Shown in pieces: positions 28,767-37,781 of a DNA stretch of 64,000 nucleotides; the stretch's first letter is position 1; each line of letters opens with the position of its first letter. The position numbers were made by a program, and so were the translations under genes. Below the pieces are notes generated by a model. That model was given only the letters and a program-made list of their open reading frames with translations. It searched no databases and was not told the origin of the DNA. Source of the DNA: a virus; the IMG/VR virus record IMGVR_UViG_3300045107_000413, positions 1 through 64,000 of that record. The stretch is one strand, 5' to 3'.

Positions 28767-29231
28767 ATGTATAACCAGATGATAACCGACGGCTACCGTT
28801 GCCCCAACTGCGGCGTGCTGGTGTCCGTCTACGCAGAAGGCTGCGCGGACGACTGCCTGTGCAGTGCCATTCCCGAAGTGGTTTCCCTTGCGCTCTCTAT
28901 CGCTCGCATCCAGCGCGGAGAAAACCACCTGCAGGACGCAGCCACCCTGCGCCGCAAGTTCGCGGCGGAGTGCGTGGAACTGGCAGAGGCAGGGAGTCTC
29001 ATCTTTGATGAAATTCCAGACATCTTCTATTACGCCCTCTGCCTTGCTGCGCAGGGAGACAATTCCGCGCTCTTGCAGGTGGTGGGGGATATTCTCCCTC
29101 ACTACGGCGTCACCGCCCTACAGGCCAGAGCCGCCTGCCTTGCCAAGTACCGCCTGCGCGCGGCGGGCAACCCGAAGAACTTTGAGAAAGAACGCGCCGC
29201 CGTGCTGGCAGCGATTGGAAAGGAGCCATAA
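28767..29231 (+). CDS. hypothetical protein with MazG-like ExxE...ExxD helix pattern
   Basis: AECVELAEA...DEIPDIFYY...AKYRLR. Confidence 0.5.
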   Translation: MYNQMITDGYRCPNCGVLVSVYAEGCADDCLCSAIPEVVSLALSIARIQRGENHLQDAATLRRKFAAECVELAEAGSLIFDEIPDIFYYALCLAAQGDNSALLQVVGDILPHYGVTALQARAACLAKYRLRAAGNPKNFEKERAAVLAAIGKEP

Positions 29232-29548
29232 TGGCAATGCAGCAAGAAGCCATGTCAGTTGGCGAGGCTATCTCCTTGATTGAAGAGAATGCCCGCAAGA
29301 TTGCCGCCTACGGGCGGGCGCACCCGGAAAAAATAGAGAAAGTTCTCCGCATCAACGGCGGGGAGGTTTCTGACGCAAAGGGAAACCACTTTCCGGTAGA
29401 GACGCCAGAGGACGCCTGCTGCCTGAAGGTGGCAGAGTGGGCATGCCAGACCATGCCCGAATGGCTCTGGGATGCGGCCTGCCTCTGCTTGGATATCCGT
29501 GCTATCGTTCGCGAAGAGTTATCAAAGGGAGTATCTGGTGAATCATAA
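29231..29548 (+). CDS. hypothetical protein
   Basis: AAGGAG RBS; coupled to the upstream gene. Confidence 0.55.
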   Translation: MAMQQEAMSVGEAISLIEENARKIAAYGRAHPEKIEKVLRINGGEVSDAKGNHFPVETPEDACCLKVAEWACQTMPEWLWDAACLCLDIRAIVREELSKGVSGES

Positions 29549-29966
29549 GATCGTTCTCTGCCATCCCACCGACCCGCTGGTGGAATCTGCGCTCTCGCTC
29601 GTTGAAGAGATAGCGCAACTCTCCTGGGTCATTCTCTTCGGCGGGGATCGCTGGTCGCCGGTGGAGGTCGTCGCGGTGGCGATGGAGGAGGAGCAGCCGG
29701 TGGGGATGGCCACGCTGGCCCCCCATGATGAAATGGGTACGGGTGGCCCGCATATTATCGGGGTGTGGGTCTGTCCGCCCATGCGTTCGCAGGGGATCGG
29801 GGGTCGCCTGGTTGCCTCCCTTGCCGAAGAGAGTCAGCGTCGCTACGGACAGGCGCCTACCCTGGTCACGGTCACGAATGTAGGCAAGATGCTGGCGGAG
29901 GCGGCGTTGCATAACGGAATATCTATTCGTGTCCAGCATGCCAATGACATGGCAAATTTGCCGTAG
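29538..29966 (+). CDS. GNAT acetyltransferase
   Basis: IIGVWVCPPMRSQGIGGRLV acetyl-CoA binding motif. Confidence 0.85.
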   Translation: MNHKIVLCHPTDPLVESALSLVEEIAQLSWVILFGGDRWSPVEVVAVAMEEEQPVGMATLAPHDEMGTGGPHIIGVWVCPPMRSQGIGGRLVASLAEESQRRYGQAPTLVTVTNVGKMLAEAALHNGISIRVQHANDMANLP

Positions 29967-29990
29967 AGTTAATCAATCAAGAAGGAGTGT

Positions 29991-30197
29991 ATGATGTACC
30001 TGAAGGTCTATTATAATCCCCAAAAGCGCAAGCCATCCGTTCCAGAGGTTATATCGGCGCTTCCCGCCGATATGGCCCATCTGGAAGTGAATGATCGTAT
30101 CGATTTTATTCAGGTCATCTTCCCACGCACAACGCCCTACGCTGACTACCAGCGCGTGCGCGAGGTGCTTCAGGCGGCAGGCTTTGAAACCGAGTAG
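29991..30197 (+). CDS. hypothetical protein
   Basis: AAGGAG RBS. Confidence 0.55.
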   Translation: MMYLKVYYNPQKRKPSVPEVISALPADMAHLEVNDRIDFIQVIFPRTTPYADYQRVREVLQAAGFETE

Positions 30198-30232
30198 TGG
30201 CTTGGCCCTGTGCTACAGTAGGAGTATATGGT

Positions 30233-30721
30233 ATGCAACAAGAATCGCATGAGCAGTATGCGATCAATATCCCCTCTTCTCTCATCGGGCGCATTACCCG
30301 TTATTGCGATGCGGTTGGCATGAGTCTCGATGAGTTCATTGGGCGCGCTGCGCTGGCCTACTTTGAGATGGCGGCGTGGAATAGCCGCGAGCATCCGCTG
30401 AAGGTAGCGCGAGATGCCCATGGGCTCTCCATTTCCGAGCTGGCGGCAGCTCTGCTTGCTTATCGGCAGGGATCGGAGACGCTTCCCATCAAGGAGATGA
30501 CGAAAGGGGCAGCGTCGCTTGCTCGCAGCATTTCTCGATGGGAGAAGGGGGAAAATATCCCTGATCCAGCCTCCGCTGCCATTCTTGCCGCCGTGTTGGA
30601 GTTTCCCTCAGCAGAGGAGGTACGGCAGCTCTGCGTTCTCTGGCAGGCATTGCATGAAGTGCCTGTTGCGCCGGGTGCCGAGTCGCCCGGCATGGCCTCG
30701 GAAGGGGCCGGAAAGGATTGA
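30233..30721 (+). CDS. RHH plus XRE-type HTH regulator
   Basis: INIPSSL...GMSLDEFI; LKVARDAHGLSISELA...ISRWEKGENIP. Confidence 0.75.
   Translation: MQQESHEQYAINIPSSLIGRITRYCDAVGMSLDEFIGRAALAYFEMAAWNSREHPLKVARDAHGLSISELAAALLAYRQGSETLPIKEMTKGAASLARSISRWEKGENIPDPASAAILAAVLEFPSAEEVRQLCVLWQALHEVPVAPGAESPGMASEGAGKD
30669..30721 (+). repeat. conserved two-hairpin leader plus RBS, copy 1 (copy 2 at 37260-37312)
   Basis: 53 bp with one mismatch (GGAA vs GCAA tetraloop). Confidence 0.9.
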
Positions 30722-30723
30722 AA

Positions 30724-31038
30724 ATGGAGCAGTGGCAAGGGGCAAAGGGCGTCTCCTACTATGGATGTGGGGAGGATTTCGGCCCGTGTGGCTGCGGCAA
30801 GGCCCGTGCCACTCACGGGCTGGAATTGCCCCGCACCTGGTGGGAGGCAGAGCAGGAAGCCTATCAGGCATTCCTGCGGGCGCATGATCTCGCCTTCTTT
30901 GCCGGAGGCTATGATTATCGTTCCATCCTCGGAGACGGGGATGAGGCAATCATCCAGCGTTCAGCTTGCGCGGCTTGCGCCCGTCAAGCAGAGGAGTTGG
31001 GGCTGGTAGTAGAGGATGAGGATGTCTCCTGTACCTAG
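30724..31038 (+). CDS. hypothetical cassette protein
   Basis: Follows the conserved leader RBS GGAAAGGA. Confidence 0.6.
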   Translation: MEQWQGAKGVSYYGCGEDFGPCGCGKARATHGLELPRTWWEAEQEAYQAFLRAHDLAFFAGGYDYRSILGDGDEAIIQRSACAACARQAEELGLVVEDEDVSCT

Positions 31039-31089
31039 CCCCCTCCATCGCCCCGCTGGTCGGGCTAAGGCCAGCAGAAAGGCAAAACG

Positions 31090-31344
31090 ATGCCGATTGA
31101 TGAATACGGGCGGGAATATGAGATTCCCCGCCAACACTCTATCTGCACCAGCTACGAAATGGTGCAGACGGGCGGAGGCCGGACTGAGACCGGTCAGATA
31201 TGCGGCCTGTATGACGGCATTCCCGCCGCCCGCGCCGCACATCTCAACACCCTCGTCAAGTGTTTCCCGCCGCCTGCGTGGCGTTTCGGGCGAGTAGAAA
31301 CCGAAGTCATCGATGAAGAGGATGACGACGGGGAAGAGGAGTAG
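31090..31344 (+). CDS. hypothetical cassette protein with acidic tail
   Basis: AGAAAGG RBS; flanked by GCCAGCA direct repeats. Confidence 0.6.
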   Translation: MPIDEYGREYEIPRQHSICTSYEMVQTGGGRTETGQICGLYDGIPAARAAHLNTLVKCFPPPAWRFGRVETEVIDEEDDDGEEE

Positions 31345-31351
31345 CCAGCAC

Positions 31352-31531
31352 AGCCAGCAACGCTCATCGGTTCCCTCTCTCATCGAGAGCATGAGAGAAA
31401 GCGGTTCACGCAAGGCGTTCAGGCGGTTCGAGTCCGCCGCTGGCTTTTCCGTCAGTTTGGGACTGACGGAACTCAAATCGCCTCCATTGAGGTAGCTGCC
31501 CGTTCATCCGTTCCGGGCGCAAATGGAACGG
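31352..31531 (+). ncRNA. tRNA-like minihelix plus downstream hairpins and pseudoknot, copy 1
   Basis: AGCCAGC/GCTGGCT 7-bp stem and GGCGG-TTCGAGT-CCGCC T arm; 31411-31531 is identical to 37649-37769. Confidence 0.7.
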
Positions 31532-31605
31532 ATTCTTGTTGCCCCATCACCTCCACGAGTTTTGCTGAGTTTCCCAAAATTGCCCCCAAAAAGGCCATTT
31601 CCCCC

Positions 31606-31634
31606 TTGACAATTTCTAGCGCATGCGCTATAAT
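31606..31634 (+). promoter_or_regulatory. consensus sigma-70 promoter with palindromic operator
   Basis: TTGACA-17-TATAAT containing TAGCGCATGCGCTA. Confidence 0.9.
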
Positions 31635-31683
31635 ATTCTTAAGAGGAAACACAAAACGCAAAAACAAAAAGGAGATCAAAAAA

Positions 31684-31950
31684 ATGGCAATGACAGCAAA
31701 GAACCCGAAGTGGAGTGACAAGGAGCGCCGTGAGGGCGCAGTTCTCGAAATCCTGTTCAGGGAACAGTTCGCAGACCACTCAGTCTGCTACACCTTCCGC
31801 GCCACATGGTACATCACAAAGCGTGAGTACCACGTACAAATTGACCCGTTCGGCAAGCCAGTGCGTTGCACTTGCCCGGATGGGATGAGAGATCAGTGCT
31901 GGCACCAGCATGAGCTAGAGGCGCTGGAAGCAGCCTACCAGAGCCGCTAA
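31684..31950 (+). CDS. SWIM-type zinc finger protein
   Basis: YHVQI...CTCPDG...CWH. Confidence 0.75.
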   Translation: MAMTAKNPKWSDKERREGAVLEILFREQFADHSVCYTFRATWYITKREYHVQIDPFGKPVRCTCPDGMRDQCWHQHELEALEAAYQSR

Positions 31951-32015
31951 GCAGGGGGCAAAGAGAGCAGCCCCGGCAATGCGCCAGGGCTGCTCTCTTG
32001 CCGGAAAGGCATTTT

Positions 32016-32204
32016 ATGAAGCTCTACACCACCTCCGAGGCCGCCCGCATACTGGGTATCGCCCCCGTCACCGTGCGCCGCCATATCGAGCAGGGGCATC
32101 TCCATGCTGAAAAGCAGGGGCGTGACCGCCTCATCACGGATGAGGAGTTGGCGCGCTTTGCCGCCGCGCGTCGTGGGCGGGGGCGGCCTGAAAAACCTCA
32201 CTGA
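32016..32204 (+). CDS. excisionase-like HTH protein with AT-hook
   Basis: YTTSEAARILGIAPVTVRRHIEQGHL...RGRGRP. Confidence 0.85.
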   Translation: MKLYTTSEAARILGIAPVTVRRHIEQGHLHAEKQGRDRLITDEELARFAAARRGRGRPEKPH

Positions 32205-32260
32205 GCAACAAACAGCCGGTCACGGATAGATGTCAGTCGTGACCGGCTGTTTGTTGCTCA
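32202..32260. terminator. long bidirectional terminator hairpin
   Basis: TGAGCAACAAACAGCCGGTCACG and its exact reverse complement, between convergent genes. Confidence 0.85.
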
Positions 32261-32408
32261 CAACCGGTGCTTATTCCAGTCCACGCACGTCACGCGCCAG
32301 CGCGCATTCGTCATCCGGCTTGCTATCACCAGATAGGCCCGCCGCCGCTTGCCTCTCAGTTGCCGCTTCTCCCACCACGCCCGCACCCGCCGCCACATAT
32401 CCGCCCTC

Positions 32409-32768
32409 TCATAACCCCAAATGCACAAACAACACGATGAGTAGCCCGTCATAGATGCCGAAGGCCAGCATGAGCAGGATGAGTGCCACCATGACGACTT
32501 TCAGCCAGAACAGGATATCCTCCTTCTGTGCCAGCACCGCCGCAAGGGAGGCCCCTGCTTCCTGTCCGTAGCCATGCACATCTTCCCCAAGCCCTGATAG
32601 CACGTTCTCTATGCGCTCCATGCGCTCTATCAGCAGGGTGTTGAGCGTAGGCGGCTTGCCTGGCGCTATCTCCGAGAGCAGGGGGCGGCTCATGTCTCCT
32701 CGCGCCATTTCCGGCGCGCTCTGCTCCGTCGCTGTTTCCTGATCTCCTGGCATCACTTCTCTCTCCAT
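32409..32768 (-). CDS. membrane protein with C-terminal TM helices
   Basis: Hydrophobic C-terminus; TGATG coupling with the ArsR gene. Confidence 0.55.
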   Translation of the reverse strand: MEREVMPGDQETATEQSAPEMARGDMSRPLLSEIAPGKPPTLNTLLIERMERIENVLSGLGEDVHGYGQEAGASLAAVLAQKEDILFWLKVVMVALILLMLAFGIYDGLLIVLFVHLGL

Positions 32769-33124
32769 CAGGCCCCCTCTTCCAGCACCGAGAGCCAACG
32801 AACAAGCACCGTCACCTGCTCACGGCGCACCTGGTAGTAGGCATAGAGGCCGTGTTTGTATCCGCTGATGAGGCCAGCCTCACGCAGTACGCGCAAGTGG
32901 TGGGAAATGGTAGCCTGCTCCAGCGTAAAGGCATTCACCAGTTCCCCCACACAGAGACGGCCCTCATGGCGCAAGAGCAGGGACAGCAGTTGCAGGCGTG
33001 TCGGGTCGGCGAGGGCCTTGAAGCGCCGCGCCTGTGCGACTGCCTCCTCTTCTGCAAGCGGGGCTTCCAGTTGCACGGGCGGCCTCCATGACGGCTCAGC
33101 GCGAAATGTGGTATGCACGTCCAT
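32768..33124 (-). CDS. ArsR/SmtB-family regulator
   Basis: FKALADPTRLQLL, LCVGEL, QATISHHLRVLREAGLI. Confidence 0.93.
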   Translation of the reverse strand: MDVHTTFRAEPSWRPPVQLEAPLAEEEAVAQARRFKALADPTRLQLLSLLLRHEGRLCVGELVNAFTLEQATISHHLRVLREAGLISGYKHGLYAYYQVRREQVTVLVRWLSVLEEGA

Positions 33125-33203
33125 CCTCCTCCTCTGCCAGAACGAAATATGTAGATATGCCATTGCAAGAAGGATAGCACGGCAGACGGGCAAAGACAAG
33201 GGG

Positions 33204-33554
33204 TCAGGGCGATGCGCTCGTATCAATGGTGGCAGGAAGGCGGCTCACACGAATGGTAGCGCCATCTCTGATCGTGATTGAGTCGTCTTCGATCTCAATA
33301 TCCAGGTTGCGCTGCTTCTTGAGGGTATCGATGAGCAGGTTCATCAGGGACTTGAGTTGCTTATATTCCCCCTCGACGCGCTTGATCTGGTTGCGCAGGA
33401 GTTCATTTTCGGCAGAGAGCGCCTCCCGCACGCGCGTCTGCACGCCCACTTCTGCGTTGGCAACGGCGCTACGCAGCGCAATATAGCCCCCCAATACCCC
33501 GCAGATGAGCAAAATAAAGTTAGCAATCGTCAGAATTTGCGCCCAGTTTACCAT
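33204..33554 (-). CDS. N-terminal TM plus coiled-coil protein (holin-like)
   Basis: Single TM then coiled coil; lies at the distal end of the late strand. Confidence 0.55.
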   Translation of the reverse strand: MVNWAQILTIANFILLICGVLGGYIALRSAVANAEVGVQTRVREALSAENELLRNQIKRVEGEYKQLKSLMNLLIDTLKKQRNLDIEIEDDSITIRDGATIRVSRLPATIDTSASP

Positions 33555-33685
33555 CGCGCCTGCTCCCGCCGCTCACTCCCGCCTACATGCCGCGCTGCCT
33601 GCTTGAGCAGGATGGCCCCGGCGCCAAAGAGGGCAAGCAGCAGCATGAAATTGCAGAGTGCCAACGCGCCCGCCCAACTTATCAT
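33548..33685 (-). CDS. small TM peptide, paralogous to the N-terminus of 33204-33554
   Basis: MISWAGALALCNFMLLL vs MVNWAQILTIANFILLI. Confidence 0.5.
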   Translation of the reverse strand: MISWAGALALCNFMLLLALFGAGAILLKQAARHVGGSERREQARW

Positions 33686-33912
33686 AGATGCCGCTCCTCC
33701 ACAAACTGCCGCCGCCACTCTTCTAAGAGCCGTACTCGCTCCTGCAACGCCTCGTGCGAGAGGCCATAGCGTTTAATGAAGCTGCGCAACTGCATAAAGG
33801 CAACGGGGCCAAAGATCACCAGAATGAGAAACGTGAGGAAAATGGCCCAGCGTACCAGCAGAATCACTACCTCTTGTGACACTTCCCACATCCTTCCATC
33901 ATCCATCACCAC
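33682..33912 (-). CDS. small TM plus coiled-coil protein (holin/hemolysin-like)
   Basis: TM helix then HEALQERVRLLEE. Confidence 0.5.
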   Translation of the reverse strand: MVMDDGRMWEVSQEVVILLVRWAIFLTFLILVIFGPVAFMQLRSFIKRYGLSHEALQERVRLLEEWRRQFVEERHL

Positions 33913-34348
33913 ACACGCTACAGAGGCAAAAATACGCGCCTCCCCCTAATCCACTACCTGCATGCCGTGCAAGGCCATCTGTTGGGCTTCCTGGTGGCAA
34001 AGAGCGGCACGTGGAGCGACTACCCCCGGCAGGGAGACACGCACTCCCTGCCGTATTGCGTAGAGAAGGAAAGTAACAAACAAGGAAACAGAAACGGAGA
34101 GAAGATATCTTGCACGGTGCTTTCCCTTCCCTTCCACCACTTCACCTGCCACCACCACGCGCCTGCGCGCGACGGGCAAGGCCGTCGCTCATCACAACCA
34201 CGTCACAGTTTGCCCTTGTGGCAAGTATAGCACATCCTTCCTGCCTGTTGTAGGGAAATTGCCCCTTGTCTTTTGTGTTTGCCTGTGGAATACTAGAGAT
34301 AGGGAGATTGAACATTCTCGATACAGTTCTACACAAGAAGGGAGAACC

Positions 34349-35722
34349 ATGCCCGTGAAACACGTGCCTGTTCGTGCCATCCTCATCTCATTCCTGCTCA
34401 TCCTCACTTTTACCGCCTCCGACCTGCTCCCAGGACAAGCACAGGCGGCTTTCCCACACAAGTACACCAATACCACGCCCATCCAGCACGTGGTGTATAT
34501 CGAAAAGGAGAATAGAACCTTTGACGACTACTTTGGCGGGTACCAGTGCCTTGACGCATCAGGGATACGGAGCGTCCCCTGCGTCAACGGGGCCTCAACC
34601 GGACTCATCAAAATCAAGGGGCAAGTGCAGACCATTGCCCTGAACCCGACGCGCGATCAAGAAACCAACTTCTGCCATACCTGGCAATGCGCGCACAAGG
34701 CAGCAGACGGCGGGGCAATGGATGACTTCAATGCCAACCCCAATTGTAGCAAGGCCCCCTACAACTGCTACACGATCGGGGATTGCTCCCTCATCCCCAA
34801 CTACTGCGCCTATGCCGACAATTACGTGCTGGATGATAACGCCTTCTCATCGAGTGAGGCGCCAAGCTTCGTCAACCACCTGGACATGGTGGCCGCAGCA
34901 GCAGGGGACAGCCAGGCCGATAGCGCCATCAACAATCCCACGCTCTCCGGCAAAACGCCGCACCAGTGGGGATGCAACGCGCCTGTCGGGACTACTGTCC
35001 AGTTATATAGCGGCGCGTTGGTCTACCCCTGCGCCGACGGGCAAGCCGGGGATATGGCATCCTTCCCGACCCTTGCCGATGAGATGAACGCTTACGGCGT
35101 CTCATGGAAATACTACACGACGCTCACACAGGCTAACACAGGCTATCAGTGGAATACGCTCAATGCGTTCCCCTCCGTGCGCACAAGCTCCGGCATTGTC
35201 TCTTACAGCCAGTTTGCCACAGATGCCGCCTCCGGCAACCTGCCCGCCTTCAGCTGGCTCACCGCTCCGCAGGCGACAAGCGAGCATCCCTCCGCCTCTA
35301 CCTGCGCCGGGGAAAACTGGACGGTTGCGCAAATCAACGCCGTGATGAGCGGCCCCGATTGGGCAAGCACGGTGATTATCGTGACGTGGGATGACTTCGG
35401 CGGCTTCAGCGACCATGTATCACCACCTTCTATAGATGGTTTAGGTTATGGCTTTCGTGTTCCATTTCTGGTCATCAGTCCATTTGCCCGTGCTACTGAT
35501 AACCCGAACCAACCGAACATTAGCCATGGCCAACTGAGTTTTGAGAGTGTCTTAAAGTTGGCAGAAGAGGTCTATGGGCTTCCTGCTTTAACGGCAAGAG
35601 ATGCCAATGCTGGTGACTTGATGCCCTTGCTAGACTTCAGCGCCAATGACCCGCCTCTACTGCTTTCACAGCGCACCTGTCCTGCACAGACCATGCCGCT
35701 TAACGGGGATTGGAATGACTGA
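34349..35722 (+). CDS. secreted phosphoesterase (phospholipase C / acid phosphatase family)
   Basis: Signal peptide; [53 protein letters not shown]. Confidence 0.93.
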   Translation: MPVKHVPVRAILISFLLILTFTASDLLPGQAQAAFPHKYTNTTPIQHVVYIEKENRTFDDYFGGYQCLDASGIRSVPCVNGASTGLIKIKGQVQTIALNPTRDQETNFCHTWQCAHKAADGGAMDDFNANPNCSKAPYNCYTIGDCSLIPNYCAYADNYVLDDNAFSSSEAPSFVNHLDMVAAAAGDSQADSAINNPTLSGKTPHQWGCNAPVGTTVQLYSGALVYPCADGQAGDMASFPTLADEMNAYGVSWKYYTTLTQANTGYQWNTLNAFPSVRTSSGIVSYSQFATDAASGNLPAFSWLTAPQATSEHPSASTCAGENWTVAQINAVMSGPDWASTVIIVTWDDFGGFSDHVSPPSIDGLGYGFRVPFLVISPFARATDNPNQPNISHGQLSFESVLKLAEEVYGLPALTARDANAGDLMPLLDFSANDPPLLLSQRTCPAQTMPLNGDWND

Positions 35723-35757
35723 GGAGACGGCTTGACAATCTGTCAATGCCTGATATG

Positions 35758-35792
35758 TTGCCCCCTCTGTAGATGATTTACAGAGGGGGCAA
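35758..35792 (+). terminator. intrinsic terminator
   Basis: TTGCCCCCTCTGTA...TACAGAGGGGGCAA followed by a T run. Confidence 0.8.
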
Positions 35793-35837
35793 TTTTTCTG
35801 AGTTTCCAAAATTGGCCTCCAAAATGCCAAAAATGGC

Positions 35838-35866
35838 TTGACAACCGTTTGTATCCGTGTTACAAT
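35838..35866 (+). promoter_or_regulatory. sigma-70 promoter
   Basis: TTGACA-17-TACAAT; spacer shares TTTGTATCCGTGT with the 37142 promoter. Confidence 0.85.
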
Positions 35867-35905
35867 AAGAATATCAAGAGGAAACAAAAAACGGAGGAAA
35901 CGAAA

Positions 35906-36346
35906 ATGACGACCATCGACCAGCTTCTCAGCAAGCACAGCGACAATTATCGCTTTCATGGCGCGGGTGATTTCCTGAGCGACCTGATTGCTCAGGCCGA
36001 GGACGGAGCAATCCGCCTCTGGGGTCGCGACCATGATGACGCGGTGGACGGCGAGGCTGAGTGCGAGTGGGTGCAGGGCGAGGGTTTCCTCTACTGCACA
36101 GACATTCGCGGGGTTGAGGTTATTTATAATAATTTCTCCGGCAATGAGGGCCTTGTTCTCATCCTCGAAAAGCAGGTTGAGAATCCACAAGAATGGTCTC
36201 CTCGCACGGGCGACCGCCGCGAGTCCCTCATCCGCGCCGAAGAGTGGCGCGTGATCGGTGCCATTCGCCCGATCTTTGATGAGGACGGCGAGGAAGTCGA
36301 TCAAGAGGCATTCTCTCTTGAAGAGATTTTGAATGAGGAGTTCTAG
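35906..36346 (+). CDS. hypothetical acidic protein
   Basis: GGAGG RBS. Confidence 0.7.
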   Translation: MTTIDQLLSKHSDNYRFHGAGDFLSDLIAQAEDGAIRLWGRDHDDAVDGEAECEWVQGEGFLYCTDIRGVEVIYNNFSGNEGLVLILEKQVENPQEWSPRTGDRRESLIRAEEWRVIGAIRPIFDEDGEEVDQEAFSLEEILNEEF

Positions 36347-36882
36347 TGGAAGAGAGGAGTTGTTCAAAGTGTGGTGGCCCAAGCCCATTTCCCAACGGGC
36401 GGGGCCGCATCTGCAAGACGTGCCGCACTGCCTATAAGGCGGCATGGTATCAAAGCAGAAAGATGCCCAAGACGCCGCCGACAGAGGAGGAGCGGCGGCG
36501 TCTCCGCAATGCATCGAAAAACCGCTATGCACGGAAGCGGTATCCAATCGATGCAGCGTATCGGGAGAAACAATGAGAAGCTGTGCGTCGCTGGCAAAAG
36601 GCGCATCCTGAAAAGAATCGGGAAAAGGTTGCGCGCTTTCGCCAGCGACAGAAAGCGAGGAAGATTATGCAAAATCCAAAGCTTGTCCAGATCGTGCAAG
36701 AGGCGATCTCTGAGGCTCGCGCCACGGGCCTCGATGACGACGATGCCAAGTGGCTGGCCGTTGGCGCGCTTATCCGTGAGGCGCGTAAAGAGGGCGTCAT
36801 CGGGGAAGTGATCTCCCCAGAGATGAACGCCGCCGCACAGGCCCTCGTCAATCAGGAGTTGAAAAATGGCCGCTCCTCGTAA
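36346..36882 (+). pseudogene. Zn-ribbon/basic helical protein interrupted by an in-frame TGA at 36574
   Basis: ORFs 36346-36576 and 36583-36882 are in the same frame and read continuously across the stop. Confidence 0.5.
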
Positions 36883-37105
36883 TAATACGAATGCGCGGGG
36901 CAAGCGCACACCCAACCCGCGCATCTCCCTCAGCATGGGCATCTCAGGCGAGTTGCGAGAGTTATTCTCCCGCTATCTCACCAATGAGGGGGTAGAGCCA
37001 TCTGAGGAGCATATCAAAGCTCAAGCCCGCGCATGGGCCTATGCCAATTGGGAGGCGCGGCTCAGAGAGGGCCTTGAGCGGCAAGAACAGGCAATTGTCA
37101 TATGA
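36866..37105 (+). CDS. small probable DNA-binding (RHH-like) regulator
   Basis: MAAPRNNTNARGK arm, then RISLSMGISGELRE. Confidence 0.55.
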   Translation: MAAPRNNTNARGKRTPNPRISLSMGISGELRELFSRYLTNEGVEPSEEHIKAQARAWAYANWEARLREGLERQEQAIVI

Positions 37106-37141
37106 GTTTTTAAGGGGAGCGCAAAATTCCCCCAAAACCCC

Positions 37142-37170
37142 TTGACAAGCATTTGTATCCGTGTTACAAT
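37142..37170 (+). promoter_or_regulatory. sigma-70 promoter
   Basis: TTGACA-17-TACAAT preceded by CCCAAAACCCC, as at 24331. Confidence 0.85.
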
Positions 37171-37179
37171 TCTTAGTGA

Positions 37180-37312
37180 AGGGGATGAGTTCCCCGATAG
37201 TCGCGCCCCGTCAGTGTGACGGGCGCGTGAAGGAGCGGTGAGTGCCGCCCCGCAACGTTCGCCGGGTGCCGAGTCGCCCGGCATGGCCTCGCAAGGGGCC
37301 GGAAAGGATTGA
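37180..37312 (+). ncRNA. five-hairpin structured leader including conserved leader copy 2
   Basis: GGGGA/TCCCC, CGCGCC/GGCGCG, GCGG/CCGC, GCCGGG/CCCGGC and GGCCTC/GGGGCC stems. Confidence 0.6.
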
Positions 37313-37318
37313 TGAAAA

Positions 37319-37591
37319 ATGAGTAAATTTTCCCGCTACGAGCAAGTCCCATTAAATGAAATCCAGTCTATCGCCCTCTTGCGGGCGAGCGTCGGCCCGC
37401 ATGATATGTGCATCGAAGTCGATCCGTACTATGATGCGGATGATTGGCATGAGGCGGCACGGGGCGACGGGCGCTCCTACGGTGGCAGCGTCGAGACCGT
37501 TCACCGTCTCCCCGGCGAGTCCTTCAAAGAGTTCAAAGCCCGTGCGGAGCGCCGGGCCGATGAGTTAGACGCGGCAGAGTACCGCCGCTAG
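37319..37591 (+). CDS. hypothetical cassette protein
   Basis: Follows the conserved leader; unrelated to the ORF in copy 1. Confidence 0.65.
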   Translation: MSKFSRYEQVPLNEIQSIALLRASVGPHDMCIEVDPYYDADDWHEAARGDGRSYGGSVETVHRLPGESFKEFKARAERRADELDAAEYRR

Positions 37592-37636
37592 CCCCTCTCC
37601 ATCGCCCCGCTGGTCGGGCCACTCAGAAGGCCAGCC

Positions 37637-37769
37637 AGCCAGCAACGTCAAGGCGTTCAGGCGGTTCGAGTCCGCCGCTGGCTTTTCCGTCAGTTTGGGA
37701 CTGACGGAACTCAAATCGCCTCCATTGAGGTAGCTGCCCGTTCATCCGTTCCGGGCGCAAATGGAACGG
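37637..37769 (+). ncRNA. tRNA-like minihelix plus downstream hairpins and pseudoknot, copy 2
   Basis: 47-nt AGCCAGC-AACG/CGTT-T arm-GCTGGCT; 121 bp identical to copy 1. Confidence 0.7.
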
Positions 37770-37781
37770 CTTCTTTGGGCC

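Noticed and set aside
31447-31531. Hammerhead, pistol or theta/HDV ribozyme
   Set aside because: The required catalytic core motifs and helix order could not be matched by eye.
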